DNA of 57,379 nucleotides, counting the filler, from Sphacelaria rigidula (Eukaryota), in the NCBI GenBank assembly GCA_964200075.2. It is 4 parts of 4 records of this genome, joined end to end, with 100 filler letters (N's around TTAATTAATTAA, not from the genome) between each part and the next. Parts side by side here need not be neighbours in the genome. Positions count along the whole stretch, not along the records: positions 1 to 14,272 come from CAXNAA020002344.1; 3 more parts are not named here. One strand, written 5' to 3'. Shown here in pieces: positions 1 to 12,079 of this stretch (position 1 is its first letter; each line of letters opens with the position of its first letter). Both the position numbers and the translations under genes were made by a program. The notes under the pieces are model-generated. The model saw only the letters and a program-made list of their open reading frames with translations, did no database searches and had not been told where the DNA came from.

Positions 1-979
1 CGCTTAAAGCGAATGATCAAAAGCCACTCTCAATCGTATCATCTACTCTCAATCTCACGAGAACACTGTTTCCTGTACCTCTTGACTTCAACCCGTCAAC
101 ACGAAACCGTGTTGTGGTTCAAGTCCTGGTTCGTTTCACCTCTCTCATGGCAAATCGCACCGCATTAGTATACAACAGACGGTGATTGGGCTCACTAATG
201 TGGCCGTGCAAAAGTTTGATCACGCAACGTCTGATGGATGGATTATTGGGCGTACTTTCGGACGTAGCATAGAACCATGTGTGCGCAACACCTCCAACTT
301 TTACGAAACCAGTGGCGTTGACCCTTGAACGCCGAATGCCACACATGGGACCCTAGGTAAATCAATCAACAAATGTGATGAGGAAAAAACGCTTTGACGA
401 AGACACTACTGCAAAGCAAGGCGGGCGCCCGGGACATCAGAATACACGAACGTAGTCTCGTGGTTCAACGGCCAAGTCATACTGATCCAGACTCTTCCCG
501 ATACGTCGAAACACGTTGGCACTTCATAGCTCCCGCCCAATGACGTCCGACGAGATGAAGTATGTTGGCTACAGCTATCAACTCAGCACATATGTGGCGC
601 ATCCAAGCAGGGTGCATTGGAGCTCTCGGGACCTGTACAAACACACGGATGATCCCAGAACACAAAAGAACACGAGAGACCAAGCAAAACAAAACTTTCC
701 TCTCCCACGCCACGAAAAACACGGGAAAACAAGGTTCATGCCGCGTACATGCACCAGCTAACAAACAGCACCCTTTGGCAAAACCAGAAAATCAAAGCCA
801 TCAGCTATATTCCTACGGAATTTAACACCAAAAAGAAGGTTTTCGAAGCACTCAAAACACTAGGAAACGACGCATCTCTCTCTTTCCCTCCACCCCTGCT
901 CCACGTATCATCAAATGTAGGGCGGAAAACACAATGAAAACGCTCCCTGACCCCCGTGTGGCTAGACAAAACGCCTCGT

Positions 980-3900
980 CTAAAAATAAACGTCCCCCTG
1001 TTCTTGCGCGTCGTAATCGTCCAGCAGCGTATCGTCCGCGGTGGCCGCGAGCTTGGCCATCTGCTCCGCCAGAGCCACCTCGTCCATGTCCTTCCTTTCC
1101 TTGTCGGCCGCCTCCCTCTTCTTCTCCACCACCTTCTTCAGGCGCGTGAAATCTTCCCTGAAAAATGAAAATGCAAGGTACAAGCCTAGTGACCACCCTT
1201 TGCTCCACCGCGTGATGGAAGACATCGCTAGCTCTTTCGTATGCATTTACCCACCACGGTTGACAAGGTGGAAACTCAAATCCGTCTCGACGACGCAGAG
1301 AGCAGTGGCGAGGGTAGGTACACCATGTTTCTCGTAGTTGGAAAGTGCGGAGTCACCCAGTTTTTCACGCAGCACAAAATACGCCAACTTGAAACGAGGT
1401 CCATATTTTCTTGCCCGAAGCACGCATCGTTGATTCCTACACCCATGCTGGAAGAAAACAAGCATCGCTCGGCACCGCCACAAAGTTGCGAGGATTTATT
1501 CAAAATTGTTTTGCGTCGGTTGGTGGTCCAAAGTATTCGACACACTCTTTCGTTTTGTAGTATTTTCAGGAGTCATCCTTTCTCGGCCTTCAGTGCTCTT
1601 TCGTCGACAAAGGGCGTATACGTTCAAGTTATTCGCAGGTGTAAAACCTCGCCAACGGCTTTACCTTGCGGAGGCAAACGCAAAAAACGAGGGGCTTCAC
1701 CTCTTCCTCGCCACAGCAAACCATGAATATTGAGAAATTCAAGCCAGGAGCAAAACCATATATTAATCAGACTGTTGGCGAAACCCTTTCGATTGAAAGC
1801 GATTTCTTCAGGTTATTCGGTTACCACGACTCATCACGAACTCTGTTTGATTCCAAATTTTTGAAATCAATAGACATGAGCACGCGACGAAAATCCACGA
1901 CCAGTTACGGACGAAATGCGGGCTCACCGGTCTTGAGGGGTCCTACGCTTTTCTCCACAACCTGGATAGTACAGTGTCGACTATTGGGATCTTTTGCATT
2001 AGACAAAGTATCCCGTACTGTACGCGGTACACTTTTCCACACTGTATCCTCCACGGTGTGATATTTTCGCTCAACCGAACCGATCCGGATGGTTATAGTA
2101 ATCATATGCCTTAAAATTTTCTGTTCTTCGATATTCTTCACGCCACAGCCGAATAATTGTGTTGAGCCATATGCGGTCAATGACACCCTCTTGTCAAAAC
2201 GGGGTTTTAGTCCGTATCGTTCAAAACACAAGAAAAGGACATGTGTCGTGAGCACGTCCTGCCTCTGTTTCCAACGTCTACCGACTCCCGAGAATCTGGA
2301 GTGACGGGTAACAAATCGCTTGTGAAAAAAATCCAATGAAGCGATCACCACCCCCAAAGTTTCGCTACTGCAGTGGCTACATCAACAGAGCGTCAGAGCA
2401 TCAATGCATCATTTCAGCACGAAGGTTTGGACTTGTAAAAAAGAAAGGACTACACTCGAATGTGGTAATATCTCTTCTCCTTCGCAATACGGCAACACGA
2501 CACGAGGGGAGCGGGTCACCTCTCCAGTTCGTCGAGCTCCCTGTTGATGTAGCTGATGACGTGCTCCATGCGCGGGATCGTAACGTTCTCCAGCGCATTT
2601 ACACGGCGGTTTGTCACCTGTCCAGGTGTGTTTGCGCACGGGAAGGGGGAATCGTCAAAAACGAAGCTCCGAACTGAAAAAAGTAGTGAATCAGAGGGGC
2701 TCAGGGCTAGAGATGATCACGGACACACACGGCTCCAGTACGCCCGATTCAAAACCCAGAAAGCTCGCGCCAAAAAAAATAGACGTCAGTCAAACGCCCG
2801 ATTTGAGGCTGCCTCCAGTTTTCAACATCGCCCGAAGTCTGGTAGGAAATAATATTCAAGCTGCTCCATCTCCCATCGTGCCCTGAACACGGTTCGGGTA
2901 TCTGGTTGTTAAAACCACTTAAATATACCGTGTGAAAGCAGCCATCAATAATGTGCAGCGCAAGAGCGCATGAAGCAATGCACCCTTGGTCCTGGAACCT
3001 TGCACGCGGAACGCGGATCAAATTGGCATTCGAAATAAGTCATATTGATCATTTGCGGTAGAGTCAGGACTTGATCGCCGAGCCTTGGGTACTCGACAAG
3101 GCACGTCAACGGGAGACGTCGGGTATCAACGAGGTAGATGCAGCATCGACCATTCAATCTGGATCCCATGTTCTCGAAAATTATACGGAAAAGGCATCCG
3201 GAGACGAGACGCTCGTGGTTTCCAAAGCAAAGCCCGACAGTTTCTTCAAAAGTTACTCCCATCATCATGTATGCTTCGAACAACTCTAGGTCTTTCCTGC
3301 TTCACGCATGCTCCCCAGGCCCGACCCGGAGCTTTTGCAGTCGAGAAAATTGCGAGAGGGGTCGATTTACCGACACTTTCTAAGATATGCCCCCCCCCCA
3401 AAACCAGCCCAAAAGTGTCACGAAACAAATGGACATACAGCGTCTGATGTTTGGGTTCAGGCCGAATGAAGCGCCTCATGTGGGCGACATTGGCGAGAAC
3501 GAACCCGGGCAAGGGATTTCCCAGCTGCACATTGTGCTCGGCTTTTTCCATTTCGATTTACGTGAACATTTTGCCTCCACAAACCAGGCACGTTTTGGGG
3601 GGGGGGGCTATCGTAGAAAGTGTCCACCGTGCTATATTTGCAGTTCTACCGCAACATTTTCACAAGCAACGGACGGTGTGGTGAGCCGCAGCTTTACACC
3701 ATGTGACCGCGCGCGAAAATCGTTAGCATGTGGTGTACTGTATCCCGGGTATCTTGATTGTCAGAATGTCTTTTACATTTGGGTATTTGAATAAAATCGG
3801 CATGGACTGGGACAAAAATTACTCGAATAAAACAGCGGAGGCAGCCCGCAACACAAGGCAGACCTCCCACACACACATAGCAGTAACTCAATGTGAACCA

Positions 3901-6900
3901 TTATAGAAGAAGCGCGATCATGGCCGAGCGTTCAAACTCAGCACCCGCCCAGGATTGAGGACAAATGCAAAATCAGGTGAAGGACTAGAACATGAGTCAT
4001 GCACTGTTTCCCTGTACCGCAGCACAAACACTCTCACGCCCTCCCTCATGTGCTAGAGCTGTCACTGTACCGTCTGGTGTGTCAAGCGTTGCGAAGACGG
4101 TTTGGATTGCCTGAGCGGCGATGTCGGTGTGTGCGTCTCTGTAGAAAATAATGCTTGTCGGGAAGCAGTGCTGTCTGCACACTGCTCAAGACGTTGTGGT
4201 GTGTTGGCTGTTTCGTCTTCCGTGAAAAGAGCAAGGCGCTGCCCGCTGCTGCGTGCTGGGCACTGTTGTACAGCTACACTGTGTTTGTGAGTGTGGGCGT
4301 GATTGGCCGTGAGACCAGACCGCACAATGAATACTAGGTTTTAGAGTCACTCTCTTGAGTAGTTTCCAAGGAGAATGGGGCAACCTGATTGGTAATTACA
4401 AGTAAAAGCTGTCCGGCTGGCTTTTCAGTCTGCCCAAAAATCGTGCTTCAAGCACCCGAAGAATAGTGAGATTGTACCCAATAATACCCAGATATTGGGT
4501 GGAGTAATACGATCGTACCTAACTTAATCCAATACTTGGGTAGGGTTTGAAGATTGGATCATTGCATCACTAAATTCAGGCAAGTGAATACCCGGGTACG
4601 CATCCTACCCGGGTACGCATCCTACCCAACACACCCTTGAAATGTTATGAGGAGCAAGATACTATAGGGTACCGACCGACGGTATAGACTGCCAAAATAA
4701 CCGTACCACTCGACATATGTACAAAATCCAAGCGTCCATTTCTGATCAACTTTTCGATATCAGAGGGGACGGTGCACAGCCCTGGTGTGGTGACACCCCG
4801 CTGTCGCCGAAAAAACGCACATACCTTAAGCGCCTCGTCCATGGTAACGAATGAAGTCTGAAGCGAGGCCAGCTTGATAAGGTTCTCCACCCACACCTTG
4901 TATTTTTCGCGGCATTGCCCCACCTTCTGTCCACCACCTGAAAGACCGATGTTGTCCTTGGTCTGTGGTGAGCAAATTGCAATGCCCGAAAACGAACACG
5001 AAGCAACAATCCATGGTGTTCACGCCGACAGTTGAGGACATTCGAAATCTACTGGTCCGAGCCGATGTACTTTCTTGACTGTTACGACAGTCGCCCGGGA
5101 GGGGTACCGACCACATCCGTGCTTACGTTCATCAATCGTGAAATCGACAATGCAGAACCTTCCACTTATGGCAATGCTGTAGATCAGGCCAAACCGTCAC
5201 GTTGGTCATGGAGAGTAGCGTTTTCAAACGAAGCCCAACCTTTGCCATGTCAGGCGCTCATGATTTTTTATTTGGCCGCTTTCCAAACAAGGACGGTAGG
5301 GAATAACGATTTGTACTACATCCGATATTGCTGAGTTTTCGGTTTTGAGCATCTAGCGTAGCCCTCAAAAACGATCATCAGTGATCTGCGTTGGAATATG
5401 CCACATATCGCGAGCGGTAGCTTCACCTACCCTGTGAAGGTGGGTTGAGCCATAGCTTGGTCTCGGATCAGTTTTCTATTTGGCATGTTGTTCCATCGTA
5501 CAAATAAGCGAAGCAATCCATAATTGAACCACATTTCCACGCCCAGGCGGGGTGAACCTCAGCGCTGTCTCCGTTGAATGTGTTGCTCCGCTTACTCTTA
5601 AGACTACAGACCACAGGTACGTTGCGGTGCGCGGTGCAACCCCTCTCTTTTTCCGCACCTCTGACCCCGTTTCGTACGATTCGAAGACGGGAAGCTTGAC
5701 ACCCGCCACGTTGTCCGTCCTAGCCCTGCAGCGCACCGCCGCTGGCCGGGGAGTGTCAAGCACCTGTTTCCATGTCGTTGAACAAGGATCAAGTCCAGAC
5801 AAAAGGTAAGGAGATGTGGTGATGGGATAGGAAGAACGGGCAAGTAAAACGACACCCTCGCTCTATGAGGAACACATGTGTGTTGCCGTGCTGTCGTCCC
5901 ATCTATTCTGGACGCCGGTCTACACCTGTCGTATATGTGGGCGCATCAGCCGGGATCACACAGGAGGAAGGTCAACATAGGAGCTTTTTTTTTTTTAATT
6001 TGTTTTCAGTTACCCACCTTCCTTCTGCGGTGCTTGCCTTGATTTTTTACCGCGAGGGGGGTTCGGCAGTTCCTTTCCCTCGTCTATCGTCAAGTCGAAT
6101 TTTGTCTACCCACGGCATAGTTGCTCTCCATTGTTGGGAATGGTGTGAGAAGAAATCACAGATCGCTCCGAGAATTGAACCTACTAGCCAACCGCCAAAA
6201 TGTTTCGAGGTTACTAACTGAGCCATCGGATTGACCGGCTACACGGTGATTGATAAAAGGTACGGCGTGCACTGTACCTTCATCGTCGATACTTCGAGAG
6301 TTTGCACCGTGTCGACAACAAATTCCATGCTTCGAGACTACCTTCAGTGAAGTGTATTTGGGTTATCCGGGGGTTTCTCATGCGAACTCCGGAAAGTAAC
6401 CCAAGGGTACCTGATATTACCTCCGCAACATCAACAAACGGTAAGCATCCACCAGACGACCGAGTGTATCACATTATGTGACCATGCGCATGACTCTTCT
6501 CATGTGCTCAGGGCTCTACGCCTGCAGTCCCAAATGAACGCGTCTCCATGAGCTCTCTTTGTGATAGAACAAGAAGCGCAACGATAGCAGTATTCCTTCA
6601 CGAAAGTCACGCACAGGTACCGCATGATACCGTATCAGCCTTAGCACAGGATGAGATACTGGGCCTCACAAGACAGTTCACCAGGGTTGAGGGTTGCTGT
6701 ACACTGAAAGCAACATTTCATTCACGTGCAGAAAATAAACGGCGCGGTGTAAGCGGTGTATGGCACTAGTTACTATCCCCATGTCGCCAATTCCCAACGA
6801 ACATGCCAAAGCACTATCGAAAGAACGACGGTAAAACGGACAACCCAACAGGGTGTGAAAACGCAGTACTGTGAAAGAGAAAACAACCCGACAACGATTC

Positions 6901-7972
6901 TCGGGTTAGGCCTGTGACTCGCGAAGCCGAGCTTGTATGGCAGAGACGTGAACAATCTGCCACAGGTATTGGCGTATGATAAAAAAAACATCGCTTAACA
7001 AACTACCGCGTGTACTTTGCCGTGCACTACGCCATGCCATAGCGTGCTGTACCGTGTACCCTTGGCGGCCCTAGGGCTCCAACTTTTCGCCTGGGATCAC
7101 GGACTTGATGGGAAAATTGTACAGGGCATTTACTTTGCCGAAGCGACCCCAAGATCTCATCACAACGGGTCGAGCGTAAAACACCTGAACTTGTAGACTT
7201 CTTCGCAGGTTTTGGCCATAACAGCACAGTAGCGAACACTGCAGCAAATGACGGGTGTAAGGCAGATCAAGTATGGGATGCACAAGGCACAACTCTGTAC
7301 TGCCAGCACCTTGCCCCTGAAGTCTCCCGACACATACTGCGCCGCCTGGGTCAGCGAAAAAAAAGCGGTAGAAGCGTCCTCGCGCATTGTTTGCTTCAAC
7401 TCGTGAATCTGCTTTGCGATGTTGCGAAATCGGGCCTGCAATTGTTGTCAAGGAGGGAACGACAGGAGAGTTCCATACGTACCATTGAGCAATTGTGAGC
7501 GAAAACAAAGGTGCTACTCAACGGGGAATGGGCAAGGGTCGCTGCTCGTGCTGTGTTGTTCCTCCGGAGTGCTGTGCGAGGTACCAAGCTTTTGGGGTCT
7601 CTCTGGCGAGTATGTGACGACTGCGTCGTTAAGACACAAGCAGGCACGAGATGTACGAGATTTGTCACGACTCTGCGAAACACGAACACTCAGTAATCGC
7701 CATGACTATCGCACGAGATACTCATGATAGCCATGAAATCCACAGCCTGCTCTGCTCTCAGCAAGTTCTCCCTAATGGGGTAGTGGATATGTCTGTTGCT
7801 CAGTTATCACGGCAACAGCCGAGGGGAGTGCTGTGCAAGGTCTAGTTCCTGTGTTCATCACCTTGAGAGCATCGGACTTCTTTTTGAGCAGTTCATATCC
7901 CTTCTTCGCGCCCACCAGTTTCCCTTTGTACATCTGCAGCGCCATGCGCGTTGGCGCCACCTGAGCCGACAT
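980..7972 (-). CDS. ATP6V1D: V-type proton ATPase subunit D, complete, 6 exons, 251 aa
   Basis: Exons 7972-7862, 7435-7310, 5763-5659, 4962-4825, 2617-2520 and 1157-980. All introns are GT-AG, phases are consistent and the total is 756 nt. The peptide has the family hallmarks PTRMALQ..K.KL.GAKKGYELLKKKSDAL, DNVAGVKLPVF, GLSGGGQ, LASLQTSF..MDEALKVTNRRVNALE and ELDELEREDFTRLKKV. Confidence 0.97.
3372..3624. mobile_element. MITE with short TIRs and subterminal poly-C/poly-G tracts
   Basis: Left end GACACTTTCTAAGATA..C10; right end G-run followed by CTATCGTAGAAAGTGTC (inverted repeat). The interior matches 39578-39800 (shared TGAAGCGCCTCAT.TGGG.GACATTGGCGA). Confidence 0.7.
5875..6240 (-). mobile_element. 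tRNA-derived SINE in ATP6V1D intron 2
   Basis: On the - strand, an A-box-like TGGCTCAGTTAG (6225-6214) and a B-box-like GGTTCAATTC (6181-6172) are followed by a ~300-bp non-coding body. No intact cloverleaf is visible. Confidence 0.65.
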
Positions 7973-8252
7973 GTTTGTCCTGCTTTAAACTACTTCACAC
8001 TACGGCACGCAGATTTCGATCGTCCCTTTCCCTCGTTCGCTCTTTTCGATGCCGCGTCGCTGGAGCAGGCAGACCCGGAACCCCCCGCAGAAAACCAAGA
8101 CTTTTGGTTATCATCCAATTTTATTCCATCGCGTTTATAAATAATGACCAATTTCGCACGGTACGATCGTCCCTTTTGGTGCTTGGGGGCGCTGTACGGC
8201 TGTCACTTCCTGTGTGGCCTTCGTTTCTCTGCCGAGGACAAACCTGAGCACC
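7973..8252. promoter_or_regulatory. Putative bidirectional promoter between ATP6V1D and RPL27
   Basis: Only 280 bp separate the two divergent ATGs (7972 on -, 8253 on +). An AT-rich element, TTTATAAATAA, lies near 8134. Function is inferred from the geometry. Confidence 0.6.
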
Positions 8253-11052
8253 ATGGGCATGTGAGTACAGCGTCGTTTGGATATGTAGAGTTCGTAAAAT
8301 CTACAACATTAAACTTGTATCTTTGCTCCGTCACGTCAACATGGGGTTGCTGCTCTACCATGGCATGGTGGGTACAGGGCGTGACCCGTTCAACTTACTC
8401 CCTTCGGCGGTGGTTGGCAGCTGCAGGGGTGACACACCTTGAGCCAGGTTTCCGAGAAAACTGTGGTGCCCCCGCTGTGAAGTAATGTCGCTACTATTTT
8501 ATGACCGGGAGTATCACGTGCATGCTAGTGGGTGCCAGGTCTCGTCGAGGGCAAAAGTCTTGCGAGCTGGAATCGACGAGGTCATCCAGGTGTTGCATTC
8601 CACAATCTAGAGTAGGCAATTTTCGTGGTGCACAAATGTTGTGTTGGTTCACCATGTTCTCGCTATATATTTGTACATGTTTCGTGTAACGTGCGATGCG
8701 CGATAAAGGCATGCGGCCATGTGCAACTGAAGAATCGACATTAACGCCAGTATGGTGAGCTTTTGATGTCATTGTGCTATCGAGGCTCATCCGCTGATGA
8801 TTCTCCACCTGCCTGTGGATGCTGACCGTACTGTACTAATATATTATCCTCATGCCGTTGTACTCCATCGACTGTTTCGAAGTGAACCTGCAACGGTGGA
8901 TAACACCCCCTGCTAACCTTACCACAGACAGTCAAGAGCTTTCGTTGGGGTTGCCGGCTTTTCACTAATCGTCAATACTACTTCCCAGATATATGGCGCA
9001 CCCGTCTTGTCGCCGAGTAGGTGCATGACTGACACAATGAATCCTTGTTTGCCTCTGAAAACACTTCCATGCATCTGAACATTCAGCATCAAGTCCGGAA
9101 AGGTGGTGGTCATGCTGGCTGGTCGGTATGCCGGTCGCAAAGCCATCGTTGTGAAGCCCTTCGATGAGGGGAGCGAAAACCGGAAGTTCGGGCACGCAAT
9201 CGTTGCAGGCATCGACCGATACCCGCGAAGGGTGAGTGTAACAAACCAGTACATGAGTGAGTTTTGTCAGTTGTCAGATGGTTACACTTGGCCTTACGTG
9301 CCAAAACGGTTCGTTCGCCAGCTCTTGTCTGAAAATCAGCGCACTCGAACTGAGAGAGTTGAGCATCCATGAGCGAAAGCTTCAAGTACACGGTGTACAG
9401 AGTTGATATGGAGTGAAGGTGTCTCGTGTGACTCGCCTGTGCCGGAGGTACGTGCATGGTCGCTTACTTCTGTGCCCAAAAGAACCGGCACTAGCGTTAG
9501 TGGGGTGGTGATGTCCTCTCTGCGGCAGTGACGCTACATTACTACAGCACTCGAGACATCTACGGGACTGTGAGGTCGACAGAGACAGTTTCCGGTGTAG
9601 GCATCAACGATAACTAGTGTGCTCCGGTTCTTCATTCTCTTTCGAAGTTGCTCTCGCTCCGTGCAAAGTTCAAAACGCCACCTCCACCTGTCTTGTGGTG
9701 TCCGTTCTTGTCACTCTTGTGTTGGCGATCGTGAGGTCTCCACGATAACGCATTGACTTTCTCGTCTGTACTGGTCAATGCCCGACGGCAATATGGCGAA
9801 CCTTGGGATGATTGATCGAGTACGGGCGGCCCCAGGTAGCTGACGGACGAAAGTCGCGAACCGGCACACGAACCAACTTTTTTGAATTTCTACCCAAGCC
9901 GTTTCTCATGGTAGTTGAACAAGAGTTTTGTCGAACTGCCCTCTTGGTCCTTCGTTTTATGCCGTCAAAGAGGGCTAGGGAGGTGTCGACATCAGGGAGA
10001 GACTTGCTGCACTCGTTCGGACAGTCAGGACGTCCTCGCGTCTATCGGTGGAATCGTTTTTTTTCCGGGCGAACAGTCAAATCTAGAAAACAAGAAAAAA
10101 TGTCGCAACCAGTGGAGCAAGCATCTTGTACGTGTCCTAACTCACCTAGCTCCCTTTTCGGGCGTACAAAATGACGGAAGACGACCGAGAAGGTAATTGG
10201 GACGACTTTTGTTGATTCGCCATGAAAACCGGCCTCAGGTTGGAACCACCTGCCGTCGAACATATACACAATCTCTGGTCATGATGCCGGCACGAATTTC
10301 CTCGCTGAGGCAAAACTTCAAAACCGGGCTTCAAAGTCTTCCCACGTCGGAGATTGGTGCAGGACACAGAACGACGAGTGGCGAAGGTCATGACTGAAAG
10401 TCTTCATTTCAAGTAGACGCTAACCCAAACCCCCATTTGCACACAGAGAATTGTCGGACAGGAAGTGCCGTCGGGAAGTGTTGACAGACCTCAAATCGAT
10501 GATTGCGGCTCTGGTTGAAAAAAACACGCGTTTCGTTGGCAGATTCCATTATTTGGCCTCTACCGGCAATTTGCCTGTGTTCCTATGCGAACACTTGAAC
10601 GTTCGGTCTATCATCACAGTATGCTTGTCGTGTGGCAGCACGGCTCCGAAGTAGCAAGAGTGCCAAAACGTTGGCACAGTTGTTTCAGGATATCGCAGCA
10701 GTGGTGTGGAAGGTGTGAGCATCGAGTACCCGGAACTTTCATCTCACGACTAGTCGACTTTTTTCCCACGTCAGTTTATCCACAGATGGTCAACATCGAT
10801 CTGCGCATTCGATTAGCTATTTCAACTTGTCACGCACCCACACTGAGCCGAAGATGCCATGTGCGACCTGGGGCACTCTGAGTTCGCGTTCGTATCCTCG
10901 GGGGAATGACGTCAATATACTTTCCCGTCCTCTCCTTTCACTGGGCGCGTGCAACAGGTGACAAAGGCCATGAGCAAGGCAAAGGTCACGAAGCGCACGA
11001 AGCTGAAACCGTTCGTGAAGTACGTCAACGTCAACCACCTCATGCCGACCCG
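8253..11052 (+). CDS. RPL27: 60S ribosomal protein L27 (eL27), 5' three exons; 3' exon(s) not found in this contig
   Basis: Exons 8253-8260 (ATGGGCAT|GTGAGT), 9087-9231 and 10958-11052 give [83 protein letters not shown], a classic eL27 sequence. The C-terminal part was not located before the contig ends at 14272. Confidence 0.95.
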
Positions 11053-11996
11053 GTAAGTCTGGGACTCTTTCAGACACGCACGTCTTGCTCTCCCTCTCTC
11101 CCTCCTCCCCGTCCCTCTCCTCACCCGTGGTGATCCCTCTCCACCTTTTCACGACACCTTCACTTCTTCGAAATCGTTGTGGAGATGCTCGTTCTATTCT
11201 GGAAGCAAGGGTATCCGACAGTGAGGAGGGGGGCGGGAGGATGACGAGAGATGGGTTTAAGTCGTGGTCAGTGTGCGGCGACGCAGTCCCCGGTTCAGGA
11301 AGAAGCAAGCCATATTTTGTAGATGTGACAGCTTTCGCAACTGTTGCGAGTCTGTAGGTGCCGTTTCTCCCAAGGACGGAGATGAATTCCCACGCCGCCT
11401 AGTCGATGGGCAGTTTCGGGGTCAACTTCAAGTAACGGTCCTTCCGAGTCTCGCTTTCAAAAATTCATGTATTTGTTGGGTGATGGCTTCGCCTTTCCTG
11501 AATCGAGAGCTTGGTAGATGTTGCGGATTTGGTGGTTCTGTTCTCATCCCTCCTAGAACAAGTGCTTGTCGTCACACCGTATTTGTTTGTCGCTAAGGAT
11601 GAGAAGGCTTGGACAAAAACGCCTTGGGACTCCTGTGACGATGGTCTTTTATCGACTCCCCGTCCATGCATGAACTCCTGTGAATACAATTTCAACCTCT
11701 CGCCCAGTATATTCGCAGCATGGGTTTTGACTCCGGTTCAGCGCCGGTTGGAGTCAAAAATGACATATTTCTGCCTGGGACATTTCTGAGCCCCAGAGTA
11801 TACTGAGAGGGAGTTGTTTCCAGACGGATCATGATATGCCGGACGTGTGCAAAACCTATGAATCCCAAAACCACTCGACATTTTTTCATGCATATGTCTC
11901 GACCCCATGTCGCTGTAGCTATCCAGCTATTTAATTCATAGCATCAGGTGTGATAACGCGAGCATCTCTCCATACCCTGGACAAGAAGATGCACGA

Positions 11997-12079
11997 TCAT
12001 AAAATGTACCTCGTACAGTATGGAATCTCTTGTCTTCGCTACAGACACGATTCCATACTATACGCAGTACATTTTATGA
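11997..12079. repeat. 83-nt near-perfect hairpin downstream of RPL27 exon 3 (intronic)
   Basis: TCATAAAATGTAC-CT-CGTACAGTATGGAATC ... GATTCCATACTATACG-CA-GTACATTTTATGA. The two arms are reverse complements with few mismatches. Confidence 0.85.
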
